This document shows, in pieces, positions 52,338 to 64,000 of a stretch of DNA of 64,000 nt. Below the pieces are notes generated by a model, which saw nothing but the letters and a program-made list of their open reading frames with translations, was not told the DNA's origin and did no database searches. Every line of letters starts with the position of its first letter. The first letter of the stretch is position 1. The position numbers and the translations under genes were made by a program. The stretch spans positions 70,533,019 to 70,597,018 of the forward strand of contig NC_068989.1 in NCBI RefSeq assembly GCF_001194135.2. The letters are read 5' to 3'. The DNA is from Octopus bimaculoides. Its lineage: Eukaryota.

Positions 52338-53210
52338 CAGGGTGTAATGGGTAAATTGACAGCATTTTATATTTTTAATTTTGCACATGTGTATTGTTTG
52401 TTTGTGATTTTGTCAACTACACAGTATAGTAGGGCTGGTTGGGCACCATCTGTGAGAAGAACAGCACCATGACATAATTCACTCTGACAGAAATTTGGAA
52501 ATGGCATGCTGTACTGCTTGACATTCATGCTGGAAGCTCCAATATGAATATTTCAGAGTGTTTGGGTGTCAATCTGAGGACATGTACCGAGAGTGATAAA
52601 AATCAAATATCCAGTCAACATCATGGTGTTTGCAGTGATCACTAGTGATGGCGACATTATGCCTACAGTCATCGTCCCACATGGCCTCAGACTCAACATG
52701 GAGGCCTACATCAAGTGCCTGAAGGAGGTAGGGCTGCCCTGGGTCAAGAAGGTGGATGCTGGAAGACCCTATGTCTGGCAAGAGGACTCTGCACCATGCC
52801 ACACAAGCAGGAGAACCCAGTCATGGCTGTCAGACAATTTCTGCAACCATATCAACACTAACATCTGGCCACTTAACTCCCCTGACTGCAACCCCCTTGA
52901 TTATTATGTGTGGGGCACAGTTAAGCGAGAGACCAACAAAACTCTTTGTAACACCAAAGATGAATTGAAGGCAAGGATTATGGCAGCATTCACCAACTTA
53001 AACAAGGAGACCATCCAGAAAAGTTGCAGGAGATTCTAAAGTTGTCTGGAGGCCATGGTTGAAGTAAATGGTGATTTTATTGAATAAATTTACTCTTTAG
53101 TATTTCAAGATATTTTTATGTAATTTTGGTAAATATATCTGTTAAAATGAGATGCTAGTGTTATTTTCATTTTTGCATAATTTAGATGACAGTTTATTCA
53201 CCGCATCCTG
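52338..53210 (+). mobile_element. Internally deleted Tc1/mariner element, DD37D (maT-type) transposase pseudogene
   Basis: TA-flanked degenerate TIRs (CAGGGTGTAATGGGTAAATTGAC / GACAGTTTATTCACCGCATCCTG). ORF 52593-53039 has QEDSAPCH and SPDCNPLDYYVWG with 37 residues between the last two Asp. The HTH start is joined directly to the catalytic C-terminal half, and there is an in-frame stop at 53037. Confidence 0.9.
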
Positions 53211-54649
53211 TATATATATGTATGATCTGCAAAACAATTTAATATCATATAAGAAACTCAAGGGTTTATGAAACAGTTAACAAGAGAAGACCTTTTATGA
53301 TATTCCGAAAAGAAAAATGATCCTTCATTACTATGTCTTATATAAACAACTACAGATCAACAAAAGATATCATCCCTTACTACTACAGGGTCTGTCAGAC
53401 ATTAAGCAAATGCAGAACCTTTCTTGCATGAACTATATTAAAATGAAATTTGAATTTGAAATTTCAGTGTTGTTATATTCGGGAGGAGTCTTGATTGATA
53501 AGGCCTATAAACACATTCACTAGCCGTTTGTCTATATTTCCCTTCTCTTTCTTTTCCAAAACACCCCTCACCCCAAATATTTTTCATTATACCAATCTAT
53601 AGCTTTCTTAATGATTGTACATTTTGTTTTCTAAATGTTTGGTTCCAAGTTTTAAGTATAAAAAAAAGAGAAAAAAATTTGCATGTTTTCACAATAGTAA
53701 AAAAAAAAGTGAAATATAGACTAACAACAACCAGTGATTATGTTTTTAGATTTTATCAATTACTACTCTTCCTAAATATAACAATATTAGTTTTAACACA
53801 AGGTTTCTGACCGAAATTATTGCAAAGCAAATTCAAAATTGCAATTTCTATTTTCTCCCTTTCTCTTCTAAGCATTGGAGTCATCTACCAATCTTTAATT
53901 CTGAAACTATTTGAGTATTTCAGATTTCAATAAGGATACCATTTACTCTTCTTAAGACAAGTAATTCCTAAAGCAATTGAAGGTATGCTTAGATAAGATC
54001 CTTTATTATGTCGGTCTTGAGCCATAGCTTTGTAAAGAGAAAAATAAAAAAGAGTACAGTGAAATGAATTGACACCTCCACCTCCCAGTATATATCTTGT
54101 GCTAGCCTTAGAATGATGAAAGATAAAGAAGGAATAAGTAGGGGGCTAGTGAGACTCGATTTTGGAGTGGAGAAGTGGATGGACAAAACCAAACACTAAA
54201 GAAGGCATTTAATGTGACACCCTAATTCTGTAAAAAAAAAAAAAAATTGGTGTAATGTAATGATGATAATGAGTAAATGAAATATAGGGGTAAACAAGTA
54301 AATAACAAATAAAACAACAAATAATAATAAAAATAAACAATGAAAAATGAAATTAATTAAACAGGAGTAGGAAAATAAATAACAATAATAAAGAGTTATT
54401 CAAAATGTATGTTTTAGACAATGTTAACTAGAGACCATGCAAAACACCTTGGATGCATTGTAGGAAAACTGCATATGTTAAATCAGATTCATACTCATAT
54501 ACTATCACACACGCACAAACATACACACATATATGCATGTGTAATGATTGCAGTGAAAAAAACAAAAACAAAATGAAAAACTCTTTGAAAGCATGCACAC
54601 ATCCACCCAGGAATATACAGAGATGCATGCTCTCAGTCATACAGTAATA

Positions 54650-54708
54650 TGGAGAGATAGATAGATAGATAGACAGACAGATAGATAGATAGATAGATAG
54701 ACACATAC

Positions 54709-54746
<38 letters not shown>

Positions 54747-54915
54747 NNNNNNNNNNGAGAGAGAGAGAGAGAAAGAGGGAGAGAGAGAGAGAGGGAGACA
54801 GAGAGAGAGAGAGAGAGAGAGTATGTATGATGTAAGGGAGTAAGTAGATAGAACTGTTCATGAGAAAATAGTGAAAGAATGAGATGGAGTAAGAGAGAAA
54901 TATATATAGGTAGGT

Positions 54916-54991
<76 letters not shown>

Positions 54992-55050
54992 GTAAAGGAA
55001 CAGAGGGAGAAAGAGAGAAAGAGAAAGAAAGAGTGAGTGAGATAGAGAGG
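54650..55050. repeat. Compound (GATA)n/(GA)n microsatellite block; representative of dozens of (TA)n, (CA)n, (GA)n and (AAT)n tracts
   Basis: Direct reading. These tracts generate most of the spurious YIYI/SLSL/ERER ORFs in the track. Confidence 0.95.
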
Positions 55051-55161
55051 AACAGAAGAGCCATGCGTGACTGTGTACTCCCAACTGCACAGCAGCTAAC
55101 TGGGAGATCGGTCAGTGTGGCAGTGAGTACTGACGTGCTTTCAACAGTGGAATCTCCATAC

Positions 55162-55281
55162 CTGTCTCAGGTGGAGGAATGGTGGAGTAGTTGATCTCAA
55201 AAACAGGGCATCCTGTGAAGTGAAGCCGGAGTCTTGGGATGAAACGCTTGTTAGACGGACAGAGCCAGGCAGAGGAAGCTG
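55162..55281 (-). CDS. MTSS1: MTSS1/MIM exon QLPLPGSVRLTSVSSQDSGFTSQDALFLRSTTPPFLHLRQ (120 nt, phase 0-0); not in the ORF track in this frame
   Basis: Matches the MTSS1 motif VRLSSVSSHDSGFISQDAF. Acceptor ttttttattacacacAG, donor CAG|GTATGG. Confidence 0.9.
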
Positions 55282-58172
55282 CTGTGTGTAATAAAAAAAA
55301 ACATAATGGACATGCTAAAAAAAAAATGAATGAATGAAAGAAAGAAAGAAAGACCACCCACAGAAAAAAAAAAGAAAAGAAAAAAACTGAAGGCAATGAG
55401 AGGGGAAGGAAAAAAAATGTTGGTGGGGCAGAGTGCAGGATGAAAGCTAATGATCTCAGAGGTTCTCATTCTGGTGATGGTAGCAATAGCATGAGAAGAA
55501 ATGCTTAGGTACAGCATCGTTCAGAAGAAATAGGTGTGCGTGATGATTCCACAACTGCTCTGTGGTGGAAAGATGCAGTATTCTTTGGAACTAAGCTATA
55601 ATGGCATGTTAAGTAAATGGAGGGACGAAAAAAAAAATGATATTGAGAAAAATGATGAGCATTAAGGAGTAACTCATTTAACAAATTAATAAAAGAATGA
55701 AAGATGGGGGTTGGATTAGAGGGAAAAGTAAAATTCAAAGACGTGTTTAAAGTTAAAAATGATTTATTAAAATCAAAAAAAAAAAAAAGAAAAGAAAAAA
55801 AGAAAAGAAAAAAAAAGGGGAAAAAATGCATGCAATAATTAACTAAAATTTTTATATAACACACACACACAAAAAAAAAAATAAAAAGATTAATTAAGTA
55901 ACTCATCAATGAAAGATTCAGAACAATGTTGCATTAGTTAGGTTAGCATTTAAGGAGTTATGTTAGTAAAGAAGCATGGTTCTGAATTAAATTATTAGAA
56001 GCATGCTAATGTTACAGTTACAAATGAAGGATTAGGATAAATGATATGAAAATTCATCCTAGGTTTATAAAAATAAATATTTTCTTTAAAAGAAAAAAAA
56101 AAAAGGGACAAGATTTAACCTCCCCCAAATTTAAAATTGTTGTAATTTTGTATTCAACTATCTTATTCAACTAAATTATTCATTAGCTAGATCGCATGTC
56201 ACCAAGTCTCTCAAAAGAAAATATAAGAAACATTTATATGGAAAATAATTTTAGGGAAGCAATAACTGTGGAAGACAGATTAATAACCATTGAAAAGCAC
56301 ACAAAACCTGAACATCACTTAATTATTATTTTGGTGTCAAAAGTGATTAATCAAAGTCAACATTTTTTAGGAACTGTGTCAGTGACCAGGTCACAGTCTG
56401 TGTGATGGAAATTTTTGCACTGAATAATAAATAAGCAAAGTTAATAGTGTTTGTGTTTTTTTCAATGGCTAAAATAAGTCATTCATGCTGTTATTGCTTA
56501 GGTTTCAAAACAGTCTCAAGATCAAATCACTTGCCAGACAAGGACAATTTTGAAATTTTAGAGAAAAGATGGAACTAAAAAATGGAGTCAGAAGAAGGTG
56601 TAACATGGCAGACAAAAACATTATGACAGATTTGAAGAATATCTATCACAATATTTTCTACTCAGAGCAGAAATAATTAACTGATAGAATTCAAATTTCT
56701 AAGATTATGGTAAGCTGATAAGATGAAGTACTCTCAAGAACTTAGGTCATTTTAGAATATAACTTTTCAAAAATCTGAAAGAGACAAAAAAAAAAAAATT
56801 TTTTTCAAACAAATAATGGTAATTTTAACTTTCCATCTTCAAAATTTTCCTAGAAAATTATTTTAAGACAAATTCTTAAAAAGAAAAAAGAAAGAAAGAA
56901 AAAACTCCTCAAAAACTCACTTCATTCTCAGTTTATTTGTAGGGAATATAAATCAAAAACAAACCTCAAATCTTTTGATTTTGTAACTTATTAGAATTTA
57001 GAAGTTTTTAGATATCAAATTCTAATGAAGAACAATCCTTTAAGAACAATCAGCAAGTTTTGGCATAACGGAAGCAAAATATAAACCGCTTTCCACCCTC
57101 ATATANNNNNNNNNNNNNNNNNNNNNNNNNNNNNNNNNNNNNNNNNNNNNNNNNNNNNNNNNNNNNNNNNNNNNNNNNNNNNNNNNNNNNNNNNNNNNNN
57201 NNNNNNNNNNNNNNNNNNNNNNNNNNNNNNNNNNNNNNNNNNNNNNNNNNNNNNNNNNNNNNNNNNNNNNNNNNNNNNNNNNNNNNNNNNNNNNNNNNNN
57301 NNNNNNNNNNNNNNNNNNNNNNNNNNNNNNNNNNNNNNNNNNNNNNNNNNNNNNNNNNNNNNNNNNNNNNNNNNNNNNNNNNNNNNNNNNNNNNNNNNNN
57401 NNNNNNNNNNNNNNNNNNNNNNNNNNNNNNNNNNNNNNNNNNNNNNNNNNNNNNNNNNNNNNNNNNNNNNNNNNNNNNNNNNNNNNNNNNNNNNNNNNNN
57501 NNNNNNNNNNNNNNNNNNNNNNNNNNNNNNNNNNNNNNNNNNNNNNNNNNNNNNNNNNNNNNNNNNNNNNNNNNNNNNNNNNNNNNNNNNNNNNNNNNNN
57601 NNNNNNNNNNNNNNNNNNNNNNNNNNNNNNNNNNNNNNNNNNNNNNNNNNNNNNNNNNNNNNNNNNNNNNNNNNNNNNNNNNNNNNNNNNNNNNNNNNNN
57701 NNNNNNNNNNNNNNNNNNNNNNNNNNNNNNNNNNNNNNNNNNNNNNNNNNNNNNNNNNNNNNNNNNNNNNNNNNNNNNNNNNNNNNNNNNNNNNNNNNNN
57801 NNNNNNNNNNNNNNNNNNNNNNNNNNNNNNNNNNNNNNNNNNNNNNNNNNNNNNNNNNNNNNNNNNNNNNNNNNNNNNNNNNAAAACAGCATCACTAATT
57901 AAAAAAGAAAAGGAAAAAAAAAATCTAAAATGGATTGGAAGGAAATTAAAATTTGCAATTTATTCTATAACTGACTTTAAAAGTAAATTATCACAATATT
58001 TTGTATTCAGAGTAATGGAATATATTTTCTCTCAAATTTCACTAGTGAAGTTCATGTTTTAAATAGAGAAACCACAGTTTATTTTCCAAGATATTGCTGT
58101 GTGTGTGTGTGTGTGCAAAGATTGGCAAAGAAAGTATGAAGCCATCAGGTAACTTAAAATGAAAAAATAGAA

Positions 58173-58209
<37 letters not shown>

Positions 58210-59325
58210 TAGATAAAGATAGATAAAAAGGGAGAAAGATATAGATAAATAGAGGTGTGTGTGTGTGTGTATGTATATATATATATATCGTTTAACGTCC
58301 GCTTTCCATGCTAGCATGGGTTGGACAAGATATATATATATACATATATACACACACACATACATACTGATATGGAGAGAAATATATATATGTATGTATG
58401 TATGTATGTATATATATACAGATAACAGGAAGTAAGGATATCTCGCCAACTTTTGACACAAGATGCCTATTACTGGCATGAATTTAGGAACGAGGAAAAA
58501 AAAAGTTTATTCCAGTTCCTGTTCATTGGTTTGGATTATCAGAAAAAAGAATAAGAATGAATACTTAAAAACTGAAGAGGGTAAATCTTAAGGAAAATCA
58601 TCTCAGAATAACTACACCAGCATTTCTCAAGGGATCAGGGAATGCTTGGTATTTTAGAAGACAAGCAATTGCCAAGGCATGTTCAAGTGTATTGCAGGTT
58701 GCAAAGAAATATATCTATATATATTTGCATGGGAATGAAGCCAGATTTATAACTGGCAGTTTTGAGATGCTCATGCCTCATTGACATAAAAGAAAGCAGA
58801 TTGCAACTGGGAATTGAAACCAAGTGGCTGACTGGCTGCACCATTTACAGAAAACTTACTGACATACGAAGGGTGTCAGCCACAATATAGAACAGAAGGC
58901 AAAAAAGAAAGACAGATATAATAAATTAGCAGTTGTAAGTTAGTAGTATGTGGGGGAGAAAAATAAAAAATGCTAGAATGACAAATAAGATATAATTCTT
59001 CTTAAATTAATAGCTGCATTTCTCAGATGTCGAGTATAACATGTATTCAACATGACATATTTTGGAAGAACAGGGTGTATTCTTTTTCTCTTTTGTCATA
59101 AATACATGTGCATGCACATGATTGTTGTCAATGTGCTTATATACATAAGTGAAAAAATTACCAGACATATATTGACAGTTTCTTACATCCTAAATTTACT
59201 ACCAGAAAAATGCTACGATTTCCACATATATGTGTGTGCATGTAATTGCTAGTTTTCTTCTTTATAGACACACATATATTCGCTCACACATATATATGTA
59301 ACTTCTAGTTTTCCATTTTTTATAT

Positions 59326-59381
<56 letters not shown>

Positions 59382-59428
59382 TACATCTATCTATATAGAG
59401 TTTGAAGTGGCCAGAGAGAGAGAAAGTG

Positions 59429-59490
<62 letters not shown>

Positions 59491-59927
59491 AGAGAAACTT
59501 TTATTTGGATTCTTGAAGTAAGCATAAACTGCTTAATGTCATTTATCTTAAAGAAGGTAAAAAAAGGATCAGTGTGTGCAAAATGGCCCAACATAGTACA
59601 TTGGCTATGTGTCATTGCCGGAAGGATTTGCTTTCGAAACATCTTCCTCACCACTACCACCACCATCATCATCATCATCATCACTTTTGTGTAAAATAAA
59701 CCATTATTATTGGATATGCACTGCAACATGGCAAGTACTTGGTTACATTTTCCCTTGTGTAAACGAGTTGAGCGTGAAGGATAGAATCCCAGAAGAGACA
59801 GAAAAATGGTGCGTATTTGCAAGAATTAAGCAACAAAGGAAAAATGAAAGGAAACACAGATGATACGATAAATGTTCCATCAGCAGTAAATAATATACAT
59901 TTCAAAGATCATACAAAATGTATTTAA

Positions 59928-60137
59928 CCCTTTAGCATTTAATTTGGCCATATCCAGCCCAAATATTCTACCTGCTTCATGTTGCAGTTGGCCAAATCCA
60001 GCCTCTCACTCCTACCCTACAATGTTAATCTAAAAATAAACAATCACATCCTCAAACTCTCAAAGCTACAAGATAATACAGGATTAATTTTTAAAAATGT
60101 GAATAAATAAACATCACTTTTGACAAATGCTAAAGGG
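59928..60137. mobile_element. piggyBac-type MITE (210 bp)
   Basis: Perfect 13-bp TIRs CCCTTTAGCATTT / AAATGCTAAAGGG with TTAA on both sides (59924-59927, 60138-60141). A diverged relative lies at about 5933-6161. Confidence 0.85.
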
Positions 60138-61126
60138 TTAAATCTATTTATTTATATATATATATTTTCTCAATTTTATGAAATATTTTATCTAACCTCC
60201 AGTATCTATATCAGTGAGGTATTGTTATAAAAAAAAGATAAACTACTCTCACTCCCTTTGCCCCAGTGCAAAAAAATTAAAAAAATGTGTGAAGATTAAA
60301 GATTAACTCAGTTATAATCTTCTAATACCACAAGAACGTCTTTGAATGAACAATTTTTTTATTCATAATTCATTTATTTTGTGAAACATCAGAAAGTCTG
60401 TTGAATATTTGGTTGCCTATACAATTGGAGGAAGTGATAACATATAACAACAATAACCTTATGAACAAGTTTGTAAGTATGCAAAACTATTTTTAATGCT
60501 ATGACTACTACTGCTACTACTTATAAAATGGAGAAGAACTCTTTGTAAGAAATCTTGTTGGAGAAAACATCTCTAACACCAGTGGCATAATGAAATGCAT
60601 CCATCTGTAGAAACAACATCAAAAGTAATCACAAACATACACAATTAACACAGTTGACCAACGTTTGTTTTTTCTGTTGTAATGTGTGAAGTGACGAAGA
60701 ACTGTAACAGATAATGAAATGTGGGATTTGTCTGACTATGCCAGCATGGGGAAAAAAGAAAAAAAAAGAACCTGGACATTATGATGATGATGATGATGGA
60801 CAATGAAGATGATTATTTGTGAACTTGCAAAATAATGATGGGAGTGAAACAAAATTTAAGGCCCAAAACTTTTATTATCATAACTGGAATTGATCACAAT
60901 TTCTAACAAAGATTATTTAGTTTAATTCTTTAATTCCTTTTCTTATAATTACTATTGTTTATTTTTAAAATCAATATGTCTTTAAAATAATCCTTAAGTT
61001 CAATTATATTGATTTTAAAAATCCAAAAATAATCACAAGCCCTCTGTTTTCCTTAGCTGGTGTTTATGAAAAGATCTGAAGAAGTAGCATGTTATGACAG
61101 CTATGTTTATGTATAGCAAACAGATG

Positions 61127-61281
61127 TTTGATAATAATGCTTATTTATATCAAACAAATGCTTATGTACATATATTTGATAACAGTACTTATTTACATCA
61201 AACAAAATGCTTGATAACGATGCTCATTTACATCAAACAAAATGTTTGATAACAATGCTTATTTCTATCAAATGTTTTGAT
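61127..61281. repeat. 35-bp minisatellite, about four units
   Basis: Units start at 61127, 61175, 61210 and 61245; consensus tttgataacaatgcttatttacatcaaacaaaatg. Confidence 0.85.
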
Positions 61282-61665
61282 TAAACAACGTGGAGAAAGT
61301 AATAAAATGAATAAGGATAAAACTATTTGTTTAAAATAGAACAGAGAGAAAATTTTTTAAAAAAATGTGCGTAAGTGTTTGATGAAAGACTATTTCAGCA
61401 CCATAGTTATAGTAAATATAAGTTGCAAGCTAAAGGGTAGGGAGGAAGTAACATAGGGGTGGGTTAAAGGTTAAGGGAAAAGGCTATATACAAAAAGACA
61501 AAGGATCCAAGCTTAGGAAGAGAGCAATCATGCTAACTATATAGAAAGTCATTAATATGGAAAAAAAAAAAAAGTTTTTACCTGGAATGGATTTTGGCTG
61601 TGACAAGGAAAGAAAAAAAAAACAAAACAAAACAAATACAAGGTGTTAAACCAGACATATTTTAC

Positions 61666-61845
61666 CTGTACAGATTGCTTGGAGCATAAACTTACACTGC
61701 TGACCTGCGAGGGACTACGGAACCGGTAGTGATGGTGTGTTGGGGAGTAGGATTTGGCAGAAGAGTCAGATGAGCTGTTTATGCTACTGTTGCTACACAT
61801 ACTGGATTTCCGTGAACCAAGTGAACTTGGGGAGCTTGGTGGTGT
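61666..61845 (-). CDS. MTSS1: MTSS1/MIM homologue exon: Ser-rich region after the I-BAR domain (TPPSSPSSLGSRKSSMCSNSSINSSSDSSAKSYSPTHHHYRFRSPSQVSSVSLCSKQSVQ)
   Basis: Translation closely resembles the human MTSS1 segment YQTPPSSPSTTMSRKSSVCSSLNSVNSSDSRSSGSHSHSPSSHYRYRS (recalled, not aligned by software). Acceptor ttgtttcAG at 61847-61846 and donor CAG|GTAAAA after 61666. An alternative in-frame acceptor lies at 61950 and alternative donors at 61705 and 61696. Confidence 0.88.
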
Positions 61846-64000
61846 CTGAAACAATATGATGGGGTAGGGTCCCGGATTAGTGCGCGGATTTAAATCACAA
61901 ACAAAATAGGGAAGGAAGTAGCGGAAGTGGGGCGAGATTTTGCTATCCAACTAGAAAAAAAGAAAAAAAAAAAGAAAGAAAATTGCTGTAAAAAAACAAA
62001 AACGGAAGAGGAGAAGGGGGAGGCTATGATGAGAATCGTTAAGGAATTGAAAAAAAAGAGGTTATTGAAACAAGACAGTTAAGTGAGTAATGAGTGATGC
62101 ATAATGAGGACTGAAATTGATGATTTTTTGATACCGTATTTATGTAGAAAGATCGACAAGTTATTAGATATGAATTGAAAGTAACCCAAATTATTCTTTC
62201 TGTTTATTAGGCCAGCATCAGTTCTATGATATGGTTAATGTATATGAGTAAACTTTAAAACCAGGAATGACTTTTTCTAAAAGAGATGCTAACTCATTTG
62301 AATCGTGACAAACACAACATGATTGTACACTAACTAGGAAAGGAATAACTAATTTTTTCCAAAACAAAAAAAAAAAGATAATGTGATTTTTTAATTTCAT
62401 CTTTAAAACTATTCTGTTAAACAAACTACTGTATACACACAGCAGATGTTGACATGACATAAAAGGAAAAAAAAAGGACCAAATAAATAAAATCCAATTT
62501 TGCTAGCATTTTAGTTCTTTCAAACCAATTGCTTGGTTGTGATAACTTTTGATAAAATGAAAGCAAAAACAAGATTATGGGCATGTCTGAAGACCTGAAC
62601 TTAACATCGCTAACTTAATACCAAATCTAAATGAGAAATTTAATAAAATACAGCCATTGTAGAAATTCTAGCAAAATCCATTAACTTTACCAGAAATTTA
62701 AAATAAAAATGATAACCCCCAAAATATAGAAAAACTATGGAAATTTCAAGGTTTGTTTAAAGTTCTATTGAAAAGAATTTGTTCCTATTAAACTCAAAAG
62801 ATATATTTGTAATTCAGAGTAAAAGAATATTTCTGTATTACTAGCCTCTTTTATACTTAAATTTATAAACTTTTTTGTTTTTTCTTTAGCTAAAGCTTGT
62901 GTATGTTGTTTCATTTTATTATTATATCATTTTTATATAATGCATATGCACATTTTAATGAAGTTGGAACATTTTAAGAAATGCAAAATAACAAAAGAAG
63001 CAGGAATAATATGTGCACAACAAAAGCATGTAACATTTTTGTTCAAACAAACGCACATGCATGCACACACACACACATGTATATACACATATATATATAT
63101 ATATGATATGTGCGTGTGTGCATAATGAATCCCAAAAGCAAAGACCAGCAAAGTGGATTCCCCGAAATATTGCATTTTAACAATTGCAGTGAAAATTACC
63201 AGAGATATAAACATCATTCAGAAGAAGAAGAAGAAGAAGAAGAAAAAAAAATGGAATAATAATGTTGATAATAATAATAATTTGACAAACTGCATGGATA
63301 TGCATCACCAAAAAGCTTAAAAGGAGTAAAAACAAGAAAAAGAAATTTAATCTCTTCAAGCAGCCTTTTACCATGTTACATGTAGTTAAGAACATGTTTT
63401 GGACAGCTTTGTGTAAGATTGTATTACTTTAGATTCCTTTTAATTAGAATAATGGTTTCTTGATCTAGCTTTGCCAATCATCTTTTAATGAAAAGAAATG
63501 CAACATGAATGAAAAAAAAAAGAAGAAAAATACCACATTAAAAAACAGAATTGCAATAAATAAATAAAACCATATAAGTTATTATTTTGATATATATATA
63601 TACATACATACACATATATATATATATATATATATTGCACACATTCAAAATCATGAAAAATAAATTGGCTCTGAAATAGAAGAATGGTTAATTTTACATG
63701 GCATGGTGTAATGATATGCCTGTGTTGTTTTTTTCCTTTCGTTTTTTACTCTGGAAATGTCATTTTCAAGATAATAAAAAAAAGCAGCAAGTATTTTCAT
63801 TGTTTACCAAAATAATCTAAATTTCTGTTCCCTTAGATCCCAAAATAATTACAAATACTATCTTGTCATATTATGTCATAAAAAAGTGCCTTAAGAAATA
63901 AGAAAAAAATCTTTAAAAAAAAAAAAAAAAAAAACTTCACTGGCATATTTCGGAAGAACTGATAATGCCAAATATATGCACACAGAGATCAATGGAGACT

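Noticed and set aside
54428-55090. Long ORFs of SLSL/ERER/YIYI type here and at 17499, 22673, 43416-43966, 58042 and 59391
   Set aside because: They are translations of (GA)n, (TA)n and (CA)n microsatellites.
61127-61281. CRISPR-like array of 35-bp palindromic repeats
   Set aside because: Units are adjacent with no unique spacers, there are no cas genes, and the context is eukaryotic intron.
61880-61935. ETS-like GGAAGT motifs and GC box suggesting an internal promoter
   Set aside because: They overlap the open in-frame exon extension, which explains the composition more simply; there is no independent promoter evidence.
62224-62340. Minus-strand frame SVQSCCVCHDSNELASLLEKVIPGFK after ttcctAG as a possible upstream exon
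   Set aside because: It does not resemble the expected I-BAR C-terminal/linker exon, starts in phase 1, and has no convincing donor giving phase 0.

Overview
AT-rich eukaryotic genomic DNA with dense microsatellites and about ten assembly gaps. The repeat families look like those of an octopus (coleoid cephalopod) genome; this is an inference. The window lies inside one large minus-strand gene, an MTSS1/MIM (missing-in-metastasis, I-BAR family) homologue. I can reconstruct about 8 frame-compatible exons (61845-61666, 55281-55162, 49868-49824, 39480-39039, 29121-29083, 14790-14624, 6670-6542, possibly 1306-1265). The I-BAR exons lie upstream outside the window and no WH2 exon is visible. The splice architecture is unusual: in-frame alternative acceptors and donors, a NAGNAG site, two symmetric microexons and a probable GC-AG intron. 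Introns are filled with tRNA-derived SINEs (strongly co-oriented with the gene and often in head-to-tail arrays), Tc1/mariner and RTE remnants, and piggyBac- and hAT-type MITEs. The most striking unexplained structure is a perfect 76-bp inverted repeat at 32249-32412. Each arm encodes a minimal type I hammerhead-ribozyme fold of the Penelope-like-element kind, so either strand's transcript carries a ribozyme locked to its own antisense copy. More degenerate hammerhead-like motifs occur at 11281-11450 and 1904-1948. Repeat boundaries were read by eye and are approximate.
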